Assembly (NCBI RefSeq): GCF_006345805.1
Contig: NC_043013.1
Location: 20,150,001 to 20,214,000, forward strand
Source of the DNA: Octopus sinensis
Taxonomy: Eukaryota
DNA length: 64,000 nt
Reading direction: 5' to 3'
The position numbers and the translations under genes are program-made. How positions within the stretch are numbered: the stretch's first letter is position 1; each line of letters opens with the position of its first letter. Positions 24,276-38,804 of this stretch are shown here, piece by piece. The notes below the pieces were generated by a model, which was not told the DNA's origin, did not search any database, and saw only the letters and a program-made list of their open reading frames with translations.

Positions 24276-25533
24276 GTCATCAAATTATTGAAGTGGAAAA
24301 ATCATCAGAAAAGCCGTTTCTATTCATCTTCTTATGTATATATTTATGTACTGTTTAGTGGGACAAACAGGCTAAATAGAACTCTGTACATGAGTAAGTG
24401 TGGCTCAGATATAAAGACAGAGTGAAGAGTAACTTCTCAGCAGTCAATAGAGCTCAGAACACATTTGAGCAAGCAGCCTTGGAGTGACCAAATTGGAGAT
24501 TCTTCATCCTCATCATCCTCATCATCATCATTGTTTAATGTCTGCTTTCCATGCTAGCATGGGTTGGGCAATTTGACTGAGGGCCGGCGAACCAGATGGC
24601 TGCACCAGGTTCCAATCTTGATCTGGCAGAGTTTCTACAGCTGGATGCCCATCCTAATGCCAACCACTCCGAGAGTGTAGTGGGTGCTTCTATGTGCCAC
24701 TGGCATGAGGACCAGTGTCATGTCAAAATGTTGTAAGCAAATTTGTTTCAACCAGTATTAACAGGCTAAGGGATGCAAGGCAAAGGAGAAAAATGGCTGC
24801 AGATATACCTATTTCTTTACTACCCACAAGGGGCTAAACAGAGAGAGGACAAACAAGGACAGACAAACGGATTAAGTCGATTATATCGACCCCAGTGAGT
24901 AACTGGTACTTATTTAATCGACCCCGAAAGGATGAAAGGCAAAGTCGACCTTGGTGGAATTTGAACTCGGAACATAGCAGTGGACAAAATACCACAAAGC
25001 ATTTCGCCTGGTGTGCTAACACTTCTGCCAGCTCGCAGATATTCCGCCTGCACTGATCCATAATCATCATACTTTTAACATCTGTGGGTTTCTTTGCAAA
25101 TTGTGTGCAGGTCTCAAATGTCACATCTGATATAAACATTATGACTGATAAAGAAAGTGTAGATTGTCCGATCCTCATACGTCGAGTCCGGTGGGAGAGT
25201 CAATCATATATTCATAATTTTGAAGTTGTGGATGCTTACAAGAGTGACTTGAGGGCTGAGAGTTTTCTTCGACCTTAAATCATATATAAGTAATTCAATG
25301 TATGCAGGATCTGCTAATAGTTCATACGCTTAATGGCTTATCTACATTCGAGCCTGAAGGATTGCTTGGAAACATAAGGCACAATTTATAATTCTGTTGA
25401 ATTATTGTTTACACAGCATGGAACTATTAGTGGCTCATATTTAACTACTGTATGTATTAAATGATATTTAACCTCTACTGGATGGAGTACTGCTTTTGTT
25501 TTTCCATACCAATAATGGAACAGTAAACTGTAT

Positions 25534-25928
25534 GTGGCTGTGTGGTAAGTAGCTTGCTTACTAACCACATGGTTCCGGGTTCAGTCCCACTGCGTGACAC
25601 CTTGGGCAAGTGTCTTCTACTATAGCCTCGGGCTGACCAAAACCTTGTGAGTGGATTTGGTAGACGGAAACTGAAAGAAGCCCATCATATATATGTATAT
25701 ATATATGTATGTGTTTGTGTGTGTCTGTTCCCTACCCGCATCGAACAACAAATGTTTGGTGTGTTTACATCCCTGTAACTTAGCAGCTTGGCAAAAGAGA
25801 CCGATAGAATAAGTACCTGGCTTCAAAAACGATAAGTACTGGGTCAATTCATTTAAGCGAAAGTTCTTCAAGGCAGTGCCCCAGCATGGCCACAGTCTAA
25901 TAACTGAAACAAGTAAAAGATAAAAAGT
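25534..25928 (+). mobile_element. SINE family A, full length
   Basis: Same head and tail as 6964-7376. Confidence 0.85.
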
Positions 25929-26009
25929 AAAAGAATCCCAAAAAAATCTTTGGAACCAAAAAGTTACAGAAAACTCATGCTGTACCAATATAGCATTTTT
26001 GCAATGTGT

Positions 26010-27005
26010 ACAGTATGTTGTGAGATGGTGTGGAGTGAATGTAGTGTGTTGTGATGTAGTGTGTATTGTGGGGCAGGTATAGTGTACGTTGTGAGGCAGT
26101 CACTTTATATTGTGATGTAGGTTGTGTTGTGAGGCAGTATATTTCTGTTGTGATGTAGTGTGTATTGTGGGGCAGGTGTAGTGTACGTTATGACGTAGTC
26201 TCTTTATATTGTGGTGTAGGTTGTGTTTTGTGATGTAGTGTGTATTGTGGGGCAGGTGTAGTGTGCGTTGTGAGGCAGTCTCTTTATATTGTTGTGTAGG
26301 TTGTGTTGTGAGGCAGTATATTTCTGTTGTGATGTAGTGTGTATTGTGGGGCAGGTGTAGTGTACATTGTGAGGCAGTCTCTTTATATTGTGGTGTAGGT
26401 TGTGTTGTGAGGCAGTATATTTCTGTTGTGATGTAGTGTGTATTGTTGGGCAGGTGTAGTGTACGTTATGACGTAGTCTCTTTATATTGTGGTGTAGGTT
26501 GTGTTGTGAGGCAGTATATTTCTGTTGTGATGTAGTGTGTATTGTGGGGCAGGTGTAGTGTACGTTGTGAGGCAGTCTCTTTATATTGTGGTGTAGGTTG
26601 TGTTGTGAGGCAGTATATTTCTGTTGTGATGTAGTGTGTATTGTGGGGCAGGTGTAGTGTACGTTGTGTGGCAGTCTCTTTATATTGTGGTGTAGGTTGT
26701 GTTGTGAAGTAGTATATTTCTGTTGTGATGTAGTGTGCGTTGTGAGGCAGGTGTAGTGTATGTTGTGAGGCAGTCTCTTTATATTGTGGTGTAGGTTGTG
26801 TTGTGAGGCAGTATATTTCTGTTGTGATGTAGTGTGCGTTGTGAGGCAGTCTCTTTATATTGTGGTGTAGGTTGTGTTGTGAGGCAGTATATTTCTGTTG
26901 TGATGTAGTGTGCATTGTGGGGCAGGTGTAGTGTATGTTGTGTGGCAGTCTCTTTATATTGTTGTGTAGGTTGTGTTGTGAGGCAGTATATTTCTGTTGT
27001 GATGT
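26010..27005. repeat. 99-bp minisatellite, ~10 units with internal deletions
   Basis: G(C/T)AGTCTCTTTATATTG at 26374, 26473, 26572 and 26671. Confidence 0.93.
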
Positions 27006-27541
27006 ATGGGTGTCTATAATATGTTGTGACATAACGTTTACCTTCAGTTGTGATTTAACTGTGTTGCGTATCTTTCAATTTCTGTTGAATTAGCTTACGT
27101 TTAATTCTGCATAGAAATCACATATTATGTGATTATAATTAATCAGATAATTAATTCCATATGCGAATGGCAAGATATGTCGTGTTCATTGTATTTATTT
27201 GCTCGTTAATTCTTCCTTTGAGGTGGTTCATTTTGCTTTTATTTTAACATTTTTAACAGATAATAAACTTGATCCAACAGTTTGGGATATGTTAAATGTA
27301 ACAGTCAGTTTCTCCCTCTTTTCCCTCCCCCTCTTCCTTCCCACACTTCATCGTCCCCTCCTTTCTACTACTACTCCCTCCATCTCCCTCCTCCCTTCCC
27401 CTCCCTCTCCCCTCCACCACACTTCCTCCTCCCATCCCTCCTCTACTCCCCCTCTCTCCTCCCTCTCCCACCCCTCCCTCTTCCCCATCTTCCAGGCAGA
27501 CAGACATGAATTGGCATATGCATACACATACACATGCTTGT

Positions 27542-27572
<31 letters not shown>

Positions 27573-28847
27573 TACACATGTTCATGCACACACACACACA
27601 CACAGATACACACACCACTATGCACACATCCCTACATATAAATATGCTCCCATACACACATAGGGGTCACATATGCTACATGCACACACATACAGAAGCA
27701 CATGCAGAAACACAATAATACCTGCATGCACACACACATACACACACACACAGGCACCTGTACCACCATACACACACATACATAGATACACTCGCATACC
27801 CACACACAAATACACACACACATGTATGCAGAAGCACTCACACAAGCACACACTAATATCTACATGCACACACTCGCATACACCACACACACATTCCAAT
27901 ACCTGTACCCTACATACCACCACACACACATACACACACATACACACAAACACAGACACACACACACACACACACACACACACTGGTCCCACAGTGTAGT
28001 CATCACTCAATCCTGTCTTGTGTAGCTGCTGAGTCTCAGAAAATCCCTCTAATCCGGCTGAAGTACTTCGAGATAAATCCCTCGTTGTGTTAATCCTGTT
28101 GCCAAACTCTTTGTACAAACAAGCACTTTACTGTCGTACGTGCTAGAATTATCAGTCTGATGTTCTAATCTCCTGAACAACATTCCACCAAATGGACAGA
28201 GAATGGTTCACTGTAGGAACATGGTAAAATGTCCTTCAAATTCAGTCCATTATTAGAGAAGTAACATTATCAAATACTTGGCCTTTAGATTCTTGGGACC
28301 TTCCTGATAGTAACAATTCATTAGCTGAGGCTTAGTGGCTGAGATAAATTACTGAATGCATGATTGTATTTTTGGACTGAGCGTGTTGTGTCCTTAAGCA
28401 AGTTACTTAACTGAACTTACATCTACTGGCAAAAACAAGAAGAGTTTCTTGCTTCATGGTTGAGTGGTTAGCAGCAGGAAGGAACATTATCCAGCTGTGA
28501 AAATAACTTCCTCTACATAAGAACTTTGCCAGCCATAGAAAAAACAGAGAAAAAAAATGGATGTGAAACAAGAAAAAAATAAAAGAAAATTCTCAAGAAA
28601 CTTGCAATAAGGATAGGTAGTAAGGTCTCAGAGAGGTCCACTGACTTAAAGTAGGGATGCTTTTTGTTTAAAGATCACCCCACCCCCACCCCCGTCTTTC
28701 ACATTATCTCTATACTTTAGGTTGGTTAACCATTTTACTTTCTGGTGCTGCTTTTTCACCATTTTTTGTGTTTGCAATTTCTCTGTCTTCCGAAAGTTCC
28801 CAGCGTTGCCACATCTGATTCTCTTCTTTTTTTTGTTTTTTATCCAG

Positions 28848-28916
28848 GTGGATGACTAAAAAATCTTTGTTTATATTTGAAAAGGAATTTATTTCTCTAC
28901 CAGTTCTTCAACAACG
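28848..28916 (+). CDS. Candidate 69-nt coding exon of an unidentified gene
   Basis: Acceptor TTTTTTTGTTTTTTATCCAG|, donor CG|GTGAGT; only one open frame (WMTKKSLFIFEKEFISLPVLQQR), phase 2-2. Confidence 0.55.
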
Positions 28917-29014
28917 GTGAGTAAGCCATGTTGTCTTTTTTTTTTATTTTCTATGTATTTCTTCCTAAAACAAGCATTAATGTTCAAATCCCAGTTCTCT
29001 TCTTTTTTTTTCAG

Positions 29015-29116
29015 CATTCTTCCCTGAGTCCATTCTATCATAGGGACACCTCCTCCCCTTTACTCTCCCTCTTTTCTGCTTGTTTGTACCACTTTACCAT
29101 AATTTCAAAGAAATCA
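29015..29116 (+). other. Candidate downstream exon (gives ...QQRILP* if spliced to 28916)
   Basis: Acceptor CTCTTCTTTTTTTTTCAG| after a 98-nt intron; possible donor CA|GTAAGA at 29117. Confidence 0.35.
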
Positions 29117-30194
29117 GTAAGAAGAGTCTCCTTGTTTCCAAAAGATGCTTTGTTTAATTTGTCTAGTGTTATCATAGATCATTAGTGTGTCAATAACACA
29201 CATTTTTGTTCAAACACTCATTATATTAATTCAAAAATGTGTGTGTCCCCGTGTGTGAGTGAGTGTATCAATTGTTGATCTGCCACTCTTTTGTTTGTCT
29301 ATCAATTTCTCCATCTAGTTCCTCCTCTCTCTGTATTATATTCTTTCTCTTTTCTCTCTCCCCCTCTCCCTAAGCCTCTCTTGTCTTTCCGTTTGTCCCT
29401 CTCTCACTCTCATTCTTTCTCCCCAACACAAACTACATCTATAACCACATCAATACTTCAGCTGATGAGACTGTTCTTTTAAACACTTAGTCATCCTGTT
29501 CAACATCACAGCTCACTCCTTCCTCTCACTTCCTCTTCCTCCTCCCACTCAAAAAACCCCTCTCACTTCCTTCTCAAATCCCTCTTTCTCCCAACCCACT
29601 CTCTCTAAACCTCCATCCCACCGGTCCAGTACATTCAATGATGTCACAACTTTTTTAATTAGAAATTTCTTCTGCCAATTAATTTCATCAATAGAAATTA
29701 CATGTTTGACCCAGAAAGGATGAAAAACAAAGCTGACCTCAGCAGGATTTGATCTCAGATCTCAAAAGAGTCTGAACAAACACCACAAGTTAATTGGATG
29801 CTTTAATGACCCAACCAATTTTCCACCAATTCAGTCGATAAAAATGTACCAATCCATGGCACTAGTTGGTGGAACTTTAATAATATCAGGCCAGATGTTT
29901 CGTGATATTAGTTCTGACTATTTGCGTTCGGAGTCAAATTCCACCTTGGGTGTCTAAAAAGTACCCTCATTTATCCACAGACCTATAGACCTACTCTATA
30001 GCACCTTGAGCAAGCATCTTCTACTATAGCCTCAGGCCAACCAAAGCCTTGTGAGTGGATGTGGTAGATGGAAATTGAAAGAAACCCATTGTATATAATT
30101 GTAAATGAAAATATATATATCATCATTGTCATCATCTATCACTCACCTTCTATGCTGGCATATATATACATACATATCTATATATATATATATA

Positions 30195-30600
30195 CATATA
30201 TCTATATATATATATAAGATAAAGAATCTTTATCGAGTGAAAAAACGGTATGGACGTTTTGTTTTGGTGTCTCGCTATGCCATATACGACTATGAGGATT
30301 TACCTTCCCAATGAAACTCGTTTTTTTCCAAAACTTTTTCTCAAACCTGCTATAATGTAATACATGTCTTTGGTGTGGTAATTGTACGCGGATGAAGAAG
30401 GCTGTTGACCTACATGTTATATCAATTATGCATTGATATAAATTGTTCAATAAAGCCAGAATCATATGTACCGCAAAATCCTTTGCATCCTGTTTTTCTT
30501 TTGATAAATATATCCTATCACCTACACCACTAGCTGGCATATACAGGTGCTTACAGTTATCAAGTATTCACCCTGAACTTTTTGTACCTAACTCATATAT
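30195..30600 (-). pseudogene. Possible decayed Tc1/mariner transposase fragment
   Basis: SFIGKVNPHSRIWHSETP resembles the GKVNxHNxRIWGSENP motif; CAGGGTG TIR-like start near 30575. Weak. Confidence 0.3.
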
Positions 30601-30701
30601 ATATATAAATGTATGCAAAATGGCGGTGCCCCAGCATGGCCACAGCTCATTAGCTGAAACTGGAAAAATCAAAATCAAAATCATATATATATATATGTAT
30701 A

Positions 30702-30740
<39 letters not shown>

Positions 30741-31741
30741 ATCATTAGTAGTTCATATATTCTTTTCTACGCTAGGGGCAAGGCCCGAAATTTTTGGGAG
30801 AGGGCAAGTCGATTAAATTGACCCAGGACGCAACTGGTACTTAATTTATTGACCCCTAAGAGGATGAAACGCAAAGTCAACCTCGGTGGAATTTGAACTC
30901 AGAATGTAAAGACAAACAAAATACCAAAATATTACTGCGCTAATGGTTTAGCGTGTGTTTCTTTTTGGCATATATGTTTTAGGAAGTCAAGATCTATCAC
31001 CAGCCATAGCATTTAACTTCTTAGAATAAATATATATGCATATATGTATGTGTGTTTTTGTGTTTGTGTCTGTATTCCCACTACTTGATAACCTGTACTG
31101 GGTTTTTTACATCCCTGTAACTTATAGATTCAGAAAAAAGAAACTGATAGAATAAGTGCCAAACTTCAAAAAACAAACAATAAATTCTGGGTTTGATGTG
31201 TGCAAAAAAAACCCATTCAAAGCAATGCCCAAGCATGGTTGCAGTTAAGTGACTGAAACAAGCAAGAGAAATGATGAAAGATAATAAATTATGTATAACC
31301 AATATAGGGCTCACTGTACGAGTAGAAACGTCTTTATGAAAATATATTTGGAAGTTAAAAAATAACCATACAAATGTCAAAACCATATGAGAAATTGGAC
31401 AGGGTGCAAAAACTGTAAACAAAATATTAATCATAGCTATTCCTGGATCTCTGAGAAACAGGATCTCTACTCCATAATGGAAATATACACAACAGAAACC
31501 GAATTAAATTTCATTTTGTAGGAAAGAACTCATTACAAACCTGTCATCGTTAGTAATATATTATTAATTATATGTCAATATCCTACAGTTATTTCATCTA
31601 TCCCTTATCACTATCCAATATACATGTCAATATTTTTTCTAATTAATTTTTTACTTTTGTCAGTTTAATGTTTTATAATTATCTGTTTGTTCAGAATATG
31701 GGAACATTCTAAAGATTTTTCTATATTTTCCTTCTCAGAGT

Positions 31742-32135
31742 GCAAGTGTGGATGTGTTGTAAGAACTTTTTCTTTCTGACCACATGGTTCTAGGTTCAGC
31801 CTCATGGCATGGTAACTTGGGCAAGTGCCTTCTACTATAGCCCTGGGCCACCCAAAGCCTTATGAGTGGATTTGGTGGACGACAGAAACTGAAAGAAGCC
31901 TGTCATGTATATGTGTGTGTGTATGTGTGTGTGTTTGTGTTTTTCCTCAATCATCACTTGACAACTGGTGTTGGTTTGTTTACATCCCTCTAACTTAGTG
32001 GTTTGGCAAAAAAGACTGATAGAATAAGAGCCAGGTTTTAAAAAGAATAACCACAGGGTTCTCTTTGTTCAACTAAACCCTTTCAATTCAATGCCCCAGC
32101 ATGGCCGTATTCCAATGACTGAAGCAAGAGAAAGC
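31742..32135 (+). mobile_element. SINE family A, diverged
   Basis: Head, TG tract and tail motifs present. Confidence 0.75.
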
Positions 32136-34164
32136 TAAGAGGCATGTCCCTCAGTTTTAGTACTTATATAAATCTTTTATTCTTCCATTATCATTGTTCT
32201 AAATCTCATTTTATTCTTTCATTTCTCTTTTATTCTATCTTCCCTTGACTTCTGTGCGTTTCCCTAACTTTCTCAATTTCCCATTTCTTTATGGTTTCAC
32301 ATTCCTTAACGATATTTTCTACCCAATTACCTTAACAGTAATCCTATAAGACCCTAACCACACCCCAACAAATTATGGGTTTAGTTTCAAGTATTTCGTA
32401 CTATTTCCATGGTATATATACAAGCTCTGTGTGTGTGTGTGTTTGATGTGCTTTGAATACATATAACAATGTCATACATATAGATTTGTATATACATGCT
32501 TGTATGTATGTACATGTATCTATCTATTCATCTATCTATCTTTGCCTATCTACCCTCTTTATAATGTTCGCAAATGAAATAGGGATAAGAATGTGCATTG
32601 TCCGTTTAATTGGAAAATTCTATAAGTGGCTGAAGATTGCTCGACATTTTAAAACTGATGTAATACTTACAGTGTTTAATAAAATAAAGTAGCATGAAAC
32701 AATTGTACTACTCTACTTCGGATATACTTGTTGCTTATTTTGATTATAATCACCCCATTTGATTTATATGGATAATACCATACAAAATTCTGGTGCCTTT
32801 AACTTAAGTACCATATTCATCTGAATTTAAATTTTGCTGAACTTATATATATATATATATATAAATAGATATGTGAAGTATTATTACTGTTATAAGCAGT
32901 AAGAATGAAGTGACTAGCAAGACTTGTACCTATACAGGTACAATATAAACTAATTGAAGAAAAGAAGGGTAAAAATACCGCTTACTAAAAATCAAAGCTA
33001 CAGCTTCAAAAATCCACCAATCTTACAATAAATATACACACAAGCAATGCAATGAACATTATATATATATATATATATATAACATTTTATATATGTATAA
33101 CTTATATATATGTATAACTTATAAATAATAAGTATGTTCATGGTTAACCCTATACTTTGAAGAAAAGGCAAGGTAGAAAACTTCTCTTCAAGTCTTACTA
33201 ATATACAAGCACACACTAATATAATATAATATACATAAATACACACATGCACAAAAACACACACAAACACACACATACTCATGATCACAACCACATGGCA
33301 TGCATACAAATATCCATAAACTCACATATTGATAAACACAATTCCAACTCACAAACATGTCTACAAAGATAAACAGATATATGAACACATTTGTACACCA
33401 ACAGATGTTAAATGATAATGACAATGTATATGTGTGTGTATATATAGTGTATACCATCTCCCAACCTTGCTTCCAGTATTCTGCTACTTGCATCATGCAT
33501 TCACTCCAATATCCCAGAAGCTAAATCCAATCTTGGCCAGGTTTATTATTAATACTCAAATGCATATAATCACGAGAATTTGCAATATTTTGGATAAAAT
33601 GCTGTTAAAAAGATGCCAACGATGTTCAGTGATTCTGGGAATATTGATTCTCCCAGAATTGTTGAACTTCATAAAAATGCAGAAAACAACACAAAGATCT
33701 GAAAATAAACATTTAATTTCTTTTTTATTTTCTGAATAAACAGGGTTGTTTTTCTTTTCCTAAAATACTGTATTGATTTACATAATTATTCTAACGATAT
33801 ATTTTTCAAATGAGGAAACTTTTTTCGGTGCCTATCGCTGTGATTGTAGGCATACAGTGCTGTTAGTTTTTTCGGTCTGGAGCGAAAATGTACAAATTTC
33901 TGTAAAAGGTTACATATCCCACCTCTTCCACGTTTATGTAAAATTTCTGGTAAAGTCGTAGGTGTAGCTCAGTGGTTAAGAAGCTTGGTTCTCAGCCATG
34001 TGGCTTTGGGTTCAATCCTATTGTGCATTAACTTGGGCAGGTGTCTTTTACTGAAGACCCAGACCAACCAAATCTTTGTCACTGAAATTGGAAATCAGAG
34101 GTTGAAAGAAATGCTTCATATATTTCGGATCAATTGTTTGCTTGATAAATACAGGTGTGTTTAA

Positions 34165-34338
34165 AGGTGCTGACATGGCTCTGTGGTAAGGAGTTTGCTT
34201 CTCAACCACATGGTTTTGGGTTCAGTTCCACTGCATGGCACCTTGGGCAAACATCTTCTATTATAGCCTTGGGTCGACCAAAGCCTTCTGAGTGGATCTG
34301 GTTGATGGAAATTGAAATAAACCCATTGTCTCTCTTTT

Positions 34339-34371
<33 letters not shown>

Positions 34372-34600
34372 TTGTCCCTTGTCCCCCCCCACACACACAC
34401 ATGCACCACCACTTGACAACCATTGCTGGTGTGCTTGTGTCCCCGTAACTTAGCAGTTTGGCAAAAAACAAAACTAATAGAATAAGTACCAGGCTTATAA
34501 AAATAAAATGAGTGCAAGGGTTGATTCATTCAACTAAGAATTTTTCAGCGCTGTGCCCCAGCATGGCCACAGTCTAATGACTGAAACAAGTAAAAGAGGT
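34165..34600 (+). mobile_element. SINE family A
   Basis: Head, TA tract and tail present; a second head fragment lies at 33960-34110. Confidence 0.8.
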
Positions 34601-34963
34601 AAAAGATATATATATATCTAGTGAGAAAGAGAAAGAAAGAGAGGGAGACAGACAGACTAGATTGATTTGCTGACAGGGAATTTGAAGGCATGTAAATTAA
34701 ATGATCCCTTACTTGAACAAACAGGGAAAGGTTAGCAACAGGAAAAGCATCCAACTGTAAAGCAATACCTCAGTGATCTATATCAGTATCACTCTAACCC
34801 ATACCAGCATAAAAAAACAGATGTAAAAGTGAATTAATGATATGTGTATGTATACACACACACACTCACATGCACACACACACACATATGGTGTGTGGAA
34901 GTGTTACTATCTGCCCCTTAACAGTCACACATCTTCCACATACAGTAAATATGTGCATGTGTA

Positions 34964-35009
<46 letters not shown>

Positions 35010-35091
35010 TATATACATATATGCACATATATATATATTATATATATATATATATATATATTATACACACACACATATATATACATATATG

Positions 35092-35139
<48 letters not shown>

Positions 35140-35199
35140 TATATATACATATATGCACATATATATATATATATATACATAGACATATACACACACATA

Positions 35200-35257
<58 letters not shown>

Positions 35258-35499
35258 GACATATACACACATATATATAATATATATACATATACACACA
35301 TATATATATATATATATAGTGTGTGTGTGCAGGGTTACCATCTTCCTTCCCTGCTTCTCAACTTCTACAGACCTTTTAATTTCCTCTTTGAATCTTAAAG
35401 AAGGAAATTATTATATTCTATCGCTGATGGCGGCGGAAAACATCTTCCTTCCATTTCTAACGCTGGTGTTAACATCATTACATCATCCCCATCCCCCAT

Positions 35500-36240
35500 C
35501 CTCCCATACTAACCCCCCACCCCACCAACAATCGCACCATGTCACCTTACAGCATCACCACCACACCACCACCACCACCACCACTACCACCAGCGTTACT
35601 ACCACCCCTACTGCTATGCCACGCTATGTTTCCTACCACACCCTCCCACATCCCGCATCCCTACATCCTTGCCACCTCATCACACTGTCACTTCACCTTC
35701 ACACACCCATCTCTTCCACCTAACACCATCACCTGAACATCGCTTCCCACCACCACCACCACCACCATCAACATCACCACCACCGCCACCACCAAACTAT
35801 TCCAAACCAACCTACCTACACCACCCAGCTCTGTTGTTTATGATGACTAACTCTTTTGCTTGGATCATCACTCGTTGATGAAATCATCATCATCATCATC
35901 ATTATGACAAAATCATTATCATCATCACCTTCGTTAACCTGTACCATCATCACCATTAAAATCAACATCATCTCTGCTGTCAGCATCTTCATCATTATCA
36001 TCACCACCACCACCACCGTCATCATCATCATCACTGTCATCATCATCATTACCACCACCATCATCATCATCATCGGTAACCCCATCAACATCCTCATTAT
36101 TATCCTCACTTCCAACCATCTCCTACCACTACTACCACCATCATGCATAAGTCTTTTATTTTTAAAAATATATAGTGATGATCCTAAGTCAATGATGATG
36201 ATGATAACGATGGTAGTGGTGGTGGTGGTGGTGATAAGTA
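35500..36240. repeat. (CAC)n/(CAT)n low-complexity tract
   Basis: Direct inspection. Confidence 0.9.
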
Positions 36241-37958
36241 GATTGCGGGATTTCTTCTGGCTTTTCACACTTTTGGTTCAAATCCAGCTGAGGTCAACTT
36301 TGCCTTCCATCCCATCAAGGCTGATGAAATAAAGTACAAATGAAGGAGTGAGACTGATTTATTCAACTACCAACCTCTCCTTAAAACTACTGGCCTTGTA
36401 CATAAACGATATTATCATCGTCATCATAATCACCATCATCATCATCATCATCATCAGGCTACAAGCTGGCAGAATCATTAGCACATCAGACAAAATCCTT
36501 TGCAGTGTTTCATGTCTTTACATACTGAGTTCAAAAGCTGCCAGGGTTGACTTTGCATTTCATCCTTTCGGGGCCAATAAAACAATAACCACTTGAGTAC
36601 TAGGGTCGATGTGGTTGACTTAAATCTTCTCCCGAAATTTCAAGCCTTGCGCCTATACTAGAAAGGATTATTATTACCATTAAGGTGCAACCTACTGGAT
36701 TGACTAACTAGTATTTGATCTTAAGTCCATTTCAGGATCTTCACCCCCATCCAAATTGTGACCCTATGTGTGAGTCTGACTTGTTATGTAGGCAAACAAA
36801 TACCTGCCTCCATACCCTCACATGACATTTCCAGCTAGGTTTCATCATTCTTTTTCGGCCATATCCAGTGATCGTCGCTCTCAGCTGTTGCCTGGATTTC
36901 TTTCTAGGTGGCATTTGTTTGATGACTGATGCCGACTGATATCAGCCGATCATCAACACACACAAGTTGCCATGGATACTTATGTCTGAAATTGTTCTGT
37001 TATAGCACGGATGACTTTAATAAACAGGATTCAGACATGAACCTCGATGGACACCGACATGCATGTTAAGTTCCTGATTTAACTTACTGCATCTTGTATA
37101 TCCATATATCATCATCATCATCGTTTAACATCCGTTTTCCATGCTGGCATGGGTTGGACAGTTCGACCAGGGTCTGGGGAGCCAGGAGGCTGCACCAGGC
37201 TCCAGTCTGATCTGGCAGTGTTTCTACAGCTGGATGCCCTTCCTAATGCCAACCGCTCCATGAGTGTAGTGGGTGCTTTTTACGTGCCACCAGCACAGGT
37301 GCCAGAGGAGGCTGGCAATGGCCACGATCAGTTGGTGCTTTTTACGTGCAACCGGCATAGGTGCCAGGGGAGGCTGGCAACGCCCACGATCGGTTGGTGC
37401 TTTTTACATGCCACCGACTTTATCATTTCCATATAGTACTCTTTGCAACCACCAGACCACAAAACATGGCACTATGTCAAAGACTTTCTTCAGGCCAATG
37501 GTTCCTGGTTACAATTGTGGTTTGGTCTTCATATAAAATTTGATAAATTGACATTAGAGTTCTGGGTTGAACTAAACATGCAGTCATGTGTGACTGCTTT
37601 CCGTATTGGTCTATGTAAATGTTTGTGTGTGTGTGTGTGTGTGTGTAGGTGGTGTACTGTGTGTTTACATTGTAATTCTTCTGTATGTAGCTTGCATCTT
37701 ATAGATTTGAAGCTAAGTATGTATATGTATGGTGTAGGATGAGTGAATGTGTGCGTAAGTGTTGTAGCACATGTGTATGTATGGTCTAGAATGTGTGTGT
37801 TTGTAAGTATTATATGTGTATAATGTACAATGTATGTGTGTTTTCTAAAGATTGTGATATATGTGTACCTGTGATGTAAGATGTATAAGTACTGAGGTGT
37901 ACGTCTGTATGTATAGTGTGTGTGTGTATATATCAGCATTGTGGTATATATATATATG

Positions 37959-38009
<51 letters not shown>

Positions 38010-38769
38010 GCATTGTGGTCTGTATATGTAAGTAATATGGTCTGTGTAAGTATTAGATTATGTGTATGATGTATTAATGTATGTATGTATAAGTATTTGT
38101 GAAGCATGTGTACGTATGGTTGAAAATCATCATCATCATCGTTTAACGTCCGTTTTCCATGCTAGCATGGGATGGACGGTCTGACCGGGATCTGGGAAGC
38201 CAGGAGGTTGCATCAGGCTCCAGTCTGATCTGGCAGTGTTTCTACAGCGGGATGCTCTTCCTAATGCCAATGATGCCCTTCCTAACGCATATGTACATAA
38301 CTTGTTATTGCTGTCATGATGTTGTTTAACCCTAGGTCAACCCCAATGCAGTAGACTGATGACCAAAGATATTCAAGCCATGACCAATTTGTCTTTTATT
38401 CATAAATGGTGTATCTAGAGCGGTGGTTCTCAACTGGGGTCCATGAATGACCCTTAGGGGGTCCGTATAAGGTTTTCTTGTTTAAATTTATCTGCAATAA
38501 ATTGGTTGTACTTCAGCAATACACAAAAAGTTTTCACAATTTTGTGCATCCAATTTCTAATAAACACTTATTCTTTTACTTGTTTCAGTAATTTGACTGC
38601 AGCCATGCTGGAGCACCGCCTTGAAGGATTTTTAGTACTTGTTCTATCGGTCTCTTTTGCCAAACTGCTAAGTCTGGGGAGATAAACACACCAACACCCA
38701 TTTTCAAATTGTGATGGTGGGAACAGACATAGACACAGAGACAAATACAGATAGATAGATATACATGTA

Positions 38770-38801
<32 letters not shown>

Positions 38802-38804
<3 letters not shown>

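Noticed and set aside
24359-24393. 35-nt exon candidate (TTTAG|...GA|GTAAGT)
   Set aside because: Weak pyrimidine tract, and its phase is incompatible with the neighbouring candidate exons.
28020-28330. Unique-looking segment as a possible exon
   Set aside because: All frames on both strands close quickly and there is no matched acceptor/donor pair.
33434-33739. 101-aa plus ORF / minus-strand acceptor near 33700
   Set aside because: No recognisable motif, no donor, and stops in all minus frames.
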